A DNA stretch of 59,851 nucleotides, filler included, from Bipalium vagum (taxonomy: Eukaryota), in NCBI GenBank assembly GCA_037834085.1. It is 3 parts of 3 records of this genome, joined end to end, with 100 filler letters (N's around TTAATTAATTAA, not from the genome) between each part and the next. Parts side by side here need not be neighbours in the genome. Positions count along the whole stretch, not along the records: positions 43,565 to 59,851 come from JBBMKC010118321.1; 2 more parts are not named here. One strand, written 5' to 3'. A program made the position numbers and the translations under genes. Shown here piece by piece: positions 51,901 through 59,851 of the stretch. The notes beneath the pieces were generated by a model. The model had not been told where the DNA came from, did not search any database, and saw nothing but the letters and a program-made list of their open reading frames with translations. Position 1 is the first letter of the stretch; each line of letters begins with the position of its first letter.

Positions 51901-54123
51901 TTATTCTAAAAACCAAAGTTTTATTGGACACTAACAAATAAATGTACAAAAATTATTAAAATATTGCTACAAAATTATTACCCATACAAACTTTAATCTA
52001 ATTTTTGTTATAATTATGATGATCAGATAAAAATTACTAACTCCAGCTAGTCTGACGGAAGAAATTTATAATCTTATCATTAAAACCTTTTCTCATATTT
52101 TTCCAGTGAAAACAGAAATTATAATCAGCTTGAAATTAATGGTAATTATAAAACATTCAGATTAAAACTGAGACAGCTGAAAAAAGATTTCAAAAATCAC
52201 TAAATATAATTACTCTTATAACTATCTCAATGTTAAGAATTAAGAGAATTATGTTCTGTGATTATTCATTGAGACATTTGATAAATCGGATTAAATTTTT
52301 AATTATTTCGTTATAAATTATTAATAATAAATTTAATTAATTATAAAGTATTATTTAAGATATAATTGAGTCAGTAATATCAAAGGAAATTCGCAAGCTT
52401 TCGATTATTTTATGATTTTATATTTATTATATTATTGTTTGATTTAATTAAATAAATTCAATATTATAGCTTTTGTTTTAATTAAGTTAAACTGTCATTG
52501 ATATATTTTAATTAGAAACATTATCATTATTTAATTTCTTTTTTACCCTGAATTAGATTTGTTTTTTTCCACTAAAATGTTTACACGAATATTATAAATA
52601 TTATTTAATTTTTTAACATTAAAAGAAAATTATTTTTTAAATTTTAAATAAAGAAATTTTTTTCAGATTTTATATATATGAATCAATTTAAACTTTAAAA
52701 ATTTTAATTAATTTTGTTTTAATTTTATCTCAGCTGTTAGTTGCCTTTTTTAAAATCCTTTAATAACAGAAATTCAAATTCCTTTGTTAAGTTAAACAAT
52801 TTTATATAAAAATATAATCTAAAAAATATAAAAGAAAACTTTCTTTGGATCTGAAATTTATAAACTGTTTCCTGATTATTAAAGGAATTTAATTACTTTT
52901 GTATGAAGTACAAAACAATAATTATTTTCGACATTAATTGAAAATCTCTTTCTATACAATTTATAAGTTTTTACATTTATTATTATTATTATTATTATTA
53001 AAACAAATAATTGTTTTTAATATAGGTTTAACATGATTTCTCTGAATCTTGTCACCATTCAGAAAAGCAATTATTAAAATATTATTTACCAAGTATTATA
53101 ATATAAGACTAGACAGTATACCTATAAAGAATCCTTATAATTAAATAATGAATGAAGATCATGAAATTGAAATCAAATCAATTTTAAGACTGATAAAATA
53201 TGAAATACTATTTTTTCAATAGGTTAAATCAAAAATTGAATATTTAGTCATTACATTGACTTGTTCTGAGGAACACACAACAAAAAATCCTACATATCCT
53301 ATTTATATACATTTACATGTAAAAAATAATCATAAATATTTGTCACTATATTTAAACCTTAAATGGATTTAATCTTACATGGGCCCATAAAAAATCGTTC
53401 AATATGTTCAATTTTTAAAAATCTTTTTTTCTAAAACTATATCAATAATACAACAATAACACTAATGTGAGAAATAACAAATATGATCACTTATAATCAT
53501 TTCCATTATTCGAAAAAGTAATGAGTTTAAAAGGTTATTAAATTTAATAAATTCCATTTTTATTCTAAATATTTAATAAAATATTGATAATTACTATACT
53601 TATAAATAATAATAATAATAATAATTTCATTTTTATTTTTATTTTGATTTTAATATTAATTTAAGTGATTTTTTCGGTTTGTAAAGGTATTGTGGATACT
53701 ACCTATTGAAAAATACACCTAAACCCATTGAAACAGTTCTTTTTAATTGTACTATTTCATGTTTTAAATTTTAAATTTTATTACTAAAGAGTAAGATTAC
53801 AAAAGAATTTCTTAAGAGAAGACATGTTTACACAAGCTTGATATGCATTGTAAGAGACACATAATAGAAATAAACGAATTATTTATTTCTTTATAATTTC
53901 GTAAAAATAAGTAAATTATACTTTTTAAATATATCCTTTAAATTAACTCTAACACCCCGTCACATTACCTAAACGATTGAAATTCAAACGATATCAATGT
54001 TGCATTTATATTTCTTTTATAATAATAGAAATCCGGAAACTTTGGCACTCCACACAGTCACTCCTCTGCAAGATATCAAAACTACTAGCATAGCAGTAAG
54101 GATAGGAAATTATATTGGTTTTT

Positions 54124-54222
54124 GTGTCAGACTTTGACACCCACATTGTCGTTGTTTGTCTCCGGTTAGGAGCCGACAGCGACTTGGATAACTTGAAACC
54201 CTTGCGTCGAATGGTGTGAGGG
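54124..54222 (+). other. three consecutive stem-loops (candidate structured RNA element)
   Basis: Helices 54124-54140, 54148-54183 and 54199-54222 with several G-U pairs. Confidence 0.45.
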
Positions 54223-54699
54223 ATTGATGAATATGCACAGCAGGTAACATCTGGTTTTGAGAAAATGCGCCAGTTAAGTCAAAATAAATCCACTTAATCT
54301 AAAAGATTTGAAAGTGGGTTCTGAGCCTTTTTCCATAAGTAATTTTTGTTGAAGGTATTACAGGAATTATCATGATTTATTCTCCTTTATCGTTATTTTA
54401 GTTTTAGAACAATTTCCCTTTAATGTCATGTATATTATTTTTATTTTTCTCATGTTATATAGAAAAATTAAATTGATCATTCTGAGAAATTTGATTTCAA
54501 ATCTCATTTTCGGAAAGATTAAGCGCTGTTTAATATCTAATTTTAAAATATTAAAACAAAAAAATTAACAAAGCAACGATAAATAAATTAAATATTTTAT
54601 CTTCTGTTTTTTTTTCAGAATAAAAAAAGATTTTAATTTGAAAGAAGTATTTAAAATTTAGATTCCCATTTCCGTTGACATTCTCCAGTTAAAATGACT

Positions 54700-55350
54700 A
54701 AAACAAGGTCAGAGAATCAAGGTTGGTATATAATAAGGTGGTGGAAATATCAAATCAACACAAAATTAAGGAACAATTAAATGCTTGAGGGATTCATATC
54801 TATCTAGTCAAACGCTAAGAAGGTGTAATGAAATGGGTTTTAAAGAAGGCGGCAATATCAGAAGCCAATGCTTACACAAATGATAATGAGGAAACGCTTG
54901 AAATTGACTTACCAATATAAAAATTACCAATTATACTTCGGAAGACAGGGGTTTTGTAAGATAACTTATTAATTATTTGTAAAACTTGATTATTTATGTC
55001 TTAGGTCTGCATGACAACACAAAGTTCGACTGACGCCTGTCTAGTGAAAAATTGATCAAGGACTACTTGTTAACCAAAGTGAAACATCAAAAATCCTTTA
55101 TGATATGGTCATTGATAAGTATTAATGGAGTAGGACCAATTCATTTAGTTGACAGAACACTGCGCTAGGATCAATACATTCAAATATTGCACGACAAATA
55201 TACTATCCGAATATGGAGCATGGTTTCCAAATTGACAGAATTATACATTTATGAAAGATGTAGCCCCGTGTCACAAAGCGAAGTCCAAGAAATTTAGAGA
55301 GCTGACCATACGACATAATTCATTTCAAGAAGGAAAATTTAAAAGACTAA
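54700..55350 (+). mobile_element. degenerate Tc1-like remnant
   Basis: MIWSLISINGVGPIHLVDRT and YTFMKDVAPCHKAK remnants. Confidence 0.75.
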
Positions 55351-56509
55351 GTTGAGAATTTTGACCATAACGAATAGTATATAAAGAGAATTCAAAGAAA
55401 TTTAAGAGATAATAAAATAAAAACACCTAGAAATATATATCTGAAGGTTTTCAGAACTTTCTTAAAGAGATAATATATTGGCTGCCAGTTTGAACTGGAA
55501 ATCATTTGTTGCAGAACTTGAAGAGCATTCATGTAAAATAGAGATAAAATTGACAATACCCAGGAAAATAGAAACGGCTGATAAAGAAGAAAATTAGAGA
55601 AATAAACAGTCAAACCAAAATAAAACACAACACTAGTCACAGAAATGTTAAGAATGGAGTGGAATATATATATAAATTTGTAAATAATTTTTCACGATAA
55701 GAATCAAAATAAAAGAGATATTGAAGACGATTATTAAGATTATGAAAGAATCAGTGAATGTGATCGGTGCTCTGTATTACAGCGAATTTTTTATTACATA
55801 GAGGGGTTTAGAGAAATCGAGAAAAAATTAATCGAAAAGAATGAGGAGTTAAGAAAGCTGAAAAAAGAAAATTAATCGATTACGATTATTGGGGATTTGA
55901 AACCTAAGTTGAAATACGTCGGAATTCCAGATATAAACGGCCAATTTTGAAATATTATCTGGGTACAGAAACTAGAGTCAACGTGATGATTAACCATTTT
56001 GGCATTAAGGATTTCAGATCATATTTCTACGAAATTTATATATATAATATAATGCATGCTTAATATTGCAGGTCGGGCAGCAGTATTTTTCAGATTAGAT
56101 CAGCAGTAAGAGGTTTCCTAGTGATGGAAAAAAATACCAGTTTTTGTTAAACTGATTAAGTTGCAAAAATGATTCGGAATTTCATTCAAAGAAATTTTTC
56201 AAAGATCAGGGAGTTCTTCAGTTGGGAATTTAAAAGAAACATTTTCTATTGATCTAGTTTTCATAAAGATTGGTTATGAAATAATTAAGAATAATCAAAT
56301 ATTTTTTGATATTTAATTCACAGTTACGTTGAATTTAAGAATTCAAATAAACTTAATTTTTAATTAAATGTGTTTTATTTTATTGGATTAACAAGAACGT
56401 AATTGCTTATTTTTCATAAAGACCTGTGACTTCAATTTAACTCTATTTTTAAAAAAATAATGATAAAATAACTCTATTTTAAAAAAAATAATGATTGTTT
56501 AAATAATAT

Positions 56510-57459
56510 TAAGAGATAGTCGATGGATTCAAATTTTAATCAATTTGTTTTGTTACTTTACTTTTTGTGTCATCTTTTGTAAAGAGGATCGGAACAGGAA
56601 ATTGAAGCATATTTTACATTTCTATGATCGGAAAGAGAAAATTGTATCACAAGCGTGTAAAAGATCATGTGAAGTGTATTGGAAAGAAGCTTAGAGCATA
56701 ACATGCAAGCATCAAAACCCATATTAAGAATATAGGTTACTTGAATAAAATTAAATTTATGTGTTCCTTACCAACTTATGGAGAGTCACATTAGACAACG
56801 GTTTGAAATCTGCGATTTGCTTATCAAGGGCAATAAAAATAACTCATTTTTAAAATAATTGGTATTGGGCGATAATTTTCATCGGAAAAGATCATGACGT
56901 AAGTCTGAGGAGAAGTCTGAGTATTGTAACCGTCATGCAATGCTGATGGTTATCAATAGAAAGTTATGCTATACATTTGGTGGGATTATCACTGAATCAT
57001 ATAGTTTGAAATTTTTTCAAACAGCCGAAGAAGTTATCCTGACAATTTAACACTGAAAATTAAATAAATTACCAAACCTTAAAGGCATTGTGTTTCATTA
57101 TGACTGCAAAATCACACTGCTTTGACCACTCGGCAAAAAATATTTAACCTTGGTTAGGACATATTAATACATACACCATAAACCCCAGATCTCGTCCCTT
57201 CTGATTAACAACTGTTTCGCTCTATGAATTTGATGAATAGTAAAACTTTACTGATGATGATTACATTAAATCCGACTTGCATATTTTTGCGGATAAGCTC
57301 AAGAGGTTTTATGAGCGAAGAATTTTTGTTTCTTAGAAGATGGTAACTGGTCCTTGATAGTAACAAAAGATTCATAATTTTAAAAACATATTTTTTCATA
57401 TAGTTTCATATTTCTTTGATTCTTTAAAAATATCGGGAAATATTTTCTTGCTAACCCAT
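56510..57459 (+). mobile_element. degenerate mariner
   Basis: KVMLYIWWDY, GIVFHYD, HTP*TPDLVPSD*QLFRS; TIR-like end gggaaatattttcttgctaaccca. Confidence 0.85.
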
Positions 57460-57684
57460 TTTATTTTGCAGGTTTGTATTTTTTGAAATTTATAGATTAC
57501 TAATTTAAGAGCTACATAATATATTAAATAATAATATTAAATTATATGAATATATTAAATAATGAATTATTCTTTAATATTATTATTAAAGATTTTCTCA
57601 ATAATTAATAAATATTTAATAATATTAAATATTTATAATTTTCCAAAAAAAATAATTTCTAATAATGAATCAAAAAATATATAC

Positions 57685-57751
57685 CTTTATTTGGCTTGAA
57701 ATCCACACAACTTGTAAAGTTACCAAACCTATCAGCTATTGTGACGTTCAT
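57685..57751 (-). CDS. class B GPCR, probable exon 1
   Basis: MNVTIADRFGNFTSCVDFKPNK then G|gtatat. Phase 1 joins exon 47430-47543 in frame and supplies the first conserved Cys and two N-glycosylation sequons. Confidence 0.72.
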
Positions 57752-59851
57752 GGATAAATATTACGTAGCAAATCTCAAAAATTCGATCGTTTTTCGTTGA
57801 AAATATTTCAGAGTTCTATTTGATATGTCTTTTGTTGACAATAGGCCGAATGAACCAATGACTGACTTCGTTCTCCACTACGTACTCAATGTACACATGT
57901 GTTGGCAAACAAATGAAGTCACTGAACAATACTGTAGCACATCTCTATGTCATTTGTGTCGATAAACGGAGGCTAAAAACGTTCTCAACATTTCATCGGA
58001 CAATGTAAATGGATCATATATAACATGGATAAATGTCAAATGTTTTAATATTAAGATTCGATTTGCTGGTTTGATTGACAAATGGAATATGCTTAATTCT
58101 AAACTCCAGCCCTGTGATTTCGAACAGGACTTATTTGAACGTTATGCATAAATGTCGAATTAAAACAAAAAGTATACCGTAAGTAAAAGTGTAAACTGAC
58201 AAAAATAATTCGAAAACTGAGAACAAAAGAAAAGGATAAGCCACTTTTAATTTGTTTATTTATGGTGATCAAAAAAAATTTCGAAAATAATAAAATTAAA
58301 ATTTTTTAATTTTTACTAATTTAAATTCTTTACCTTTTACATTTTTTAACTTATTTTTCTTTGCGATTTTCTGTAATTCTTTTACAATTATCATCTTTTG
58401 TTTGTTTTTTTTATAATAATAAATGCATTATATCCTTAAAGAATTTCTTATAAAATATTTAATTATTTAAAAAGAATATTTAAGTTTAACTCTACAATAG
58501 AATGTTTTGAAATTAGGAAAATTCTTTCAGGTCACTTGTTAATATTATTTTTTAACATTTAACACATAACCAAATCGGATTCCAATTTAATTAAATTTAT
58601 TTTTAATTTTTTTAAAAATTTATTTTAATTTCAAAAGATAATTATTTTTATAATTTTATTATTTTATTTGTATAATTTTGTCTTTATTATTCTTAATTTA
58701 ATATTATTAAATTTAAAAATTGATTTCACTTGAAAATGAATAAAACAAATTTTTTTAAAAATTTTTTTTAAAAAATTTATAATTTATAATTTAATTAATA
58801 ATTTTAATTATAGTAATAATTATATTAATAATATAATAAAAATTCAGGTCAGTATTAATTATCAAGGAAACCAAATTAAAATATCAAAATAATAATTAAT
58901 TAATTTTATTATTATTATTATTATTAATTTTTATTTTTAATAATACTATAGTATAAGTATGAATAGAATTATCTTAAATATTTTTCTTTATTTTATACTT
59001 TAATTGATATAAAATGCAAAAGAGAATTTTTCGGAGTATGATAATTAATTATTATTAAAAAAATTAAGAAAATATTCGGTCTAAGAAAAATTTAAGAAAG
59101 GAAAGCAATATGAGTTCAGTGGTAAAATTCTTAAAAATTTAAATGAAATGTAAAAAAAATATTTTTAAGTATATTTATGTCATACTTGAGTTTAAATAAA
59201 TTTTGCAAACTTAATATGGATTAGTGTTGTTTTTCTCAACTATTTTTTATAGACAATTATTTCATAAAAAACTTTTTGGAAAATTTTTAATTATCAGTTC
59301 AAAAACAAGTTTTCTTCTCAATAGAGTCAGATTAAGTTAGAGAATGTTTTGCAATTATAAAAGAATAATTCATTTTTTGTGTATTCCTCTCAAAGTTTAA
59401 TAATTTTGATTTTAATTATGAAAATTTTCCTATTATCACAGACACAAATTTTCTTTAATTATATATGTGTAAGGAAATCTTGAAATGTGTTATTTGTTAT
59501 TAATACAATGACAGTCATTTGATTAGTGCATAATCGAATTTATTATTTGCGTACCAATATAGTATCTCCTCCGTTTTTTTATTATGTTTTAAAGTTCCTT
59601 TAAAAATTTTTAAAAATCAATATAAGTTCTCCAATCACAAAACGGGAAAGAAACTATACTAGAGCTTCTTTTTAATTTTTTAAAATTATTTTAAGTTTTG
59701 AAATTTTTTCTTAATATCGGAAAATGTAAATGATAAGAATCCCGAAGGAACATAATTTTGTGTTGCTTCTGTGACTTTCTGACCACGGCAAAAGGCAAAA
59801 TATAATAAATGCCGAAAATGAATTTTTTCGCTGCCTGGAATATCCATTTGT

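Noticed and set aside
55350-56300. Hydrophobic 82-aa minus-strand ORF and A-rich plus-strand frames
   Set aside because: Hydrophobicity follows from the T-rich strand; plus frames are broken by stops; probably decayed retroelement, unassignable.

Overview
Very AT-rich, intron-containing eukaryotic (animal) genomic DNA. Flatworm/triclad is a guess from composition, (AAT)n tracts, 43-57 nt minimal introns and mariner load. The window is three contigs (1-26966, 27067-43464, 43565-59851) joined by identical artificial spacers (44 N + TTAATTAATTAA + 44 N), so adjacency across those joins is not biological. Host genes were rebuilt by hand from splice sites. (1) A two-TM NIT-domain guanylyl cyclase on +: its C-terminal 8 exons (11739-20742) lie upstream of 3 N-terminal exons (23973-25177), the halves meet in phase in mid-NIT domain, and the cyclase lacks the catalytic Asn/Arg. 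(2) The first two exons of a class B (secretin-family) GPCR on -. (3) A first exon of a secreted Cys-rich protein on +. (4) An unidentified multi-exon gene on - (9369 to 4958, with further candidate exons). Most of the remainder is decayed Tc1/mariner, pogo/Tigger, IS630-like and Chapaev-like transposons, MITEs, a solo LTR and simple repeats. One mariner transposase carries a frame-restoring 46-nt GT-AG intron that appears to have arisen by tandem duplication. Most ORFs in the supplied track are spurious or transposon debris.
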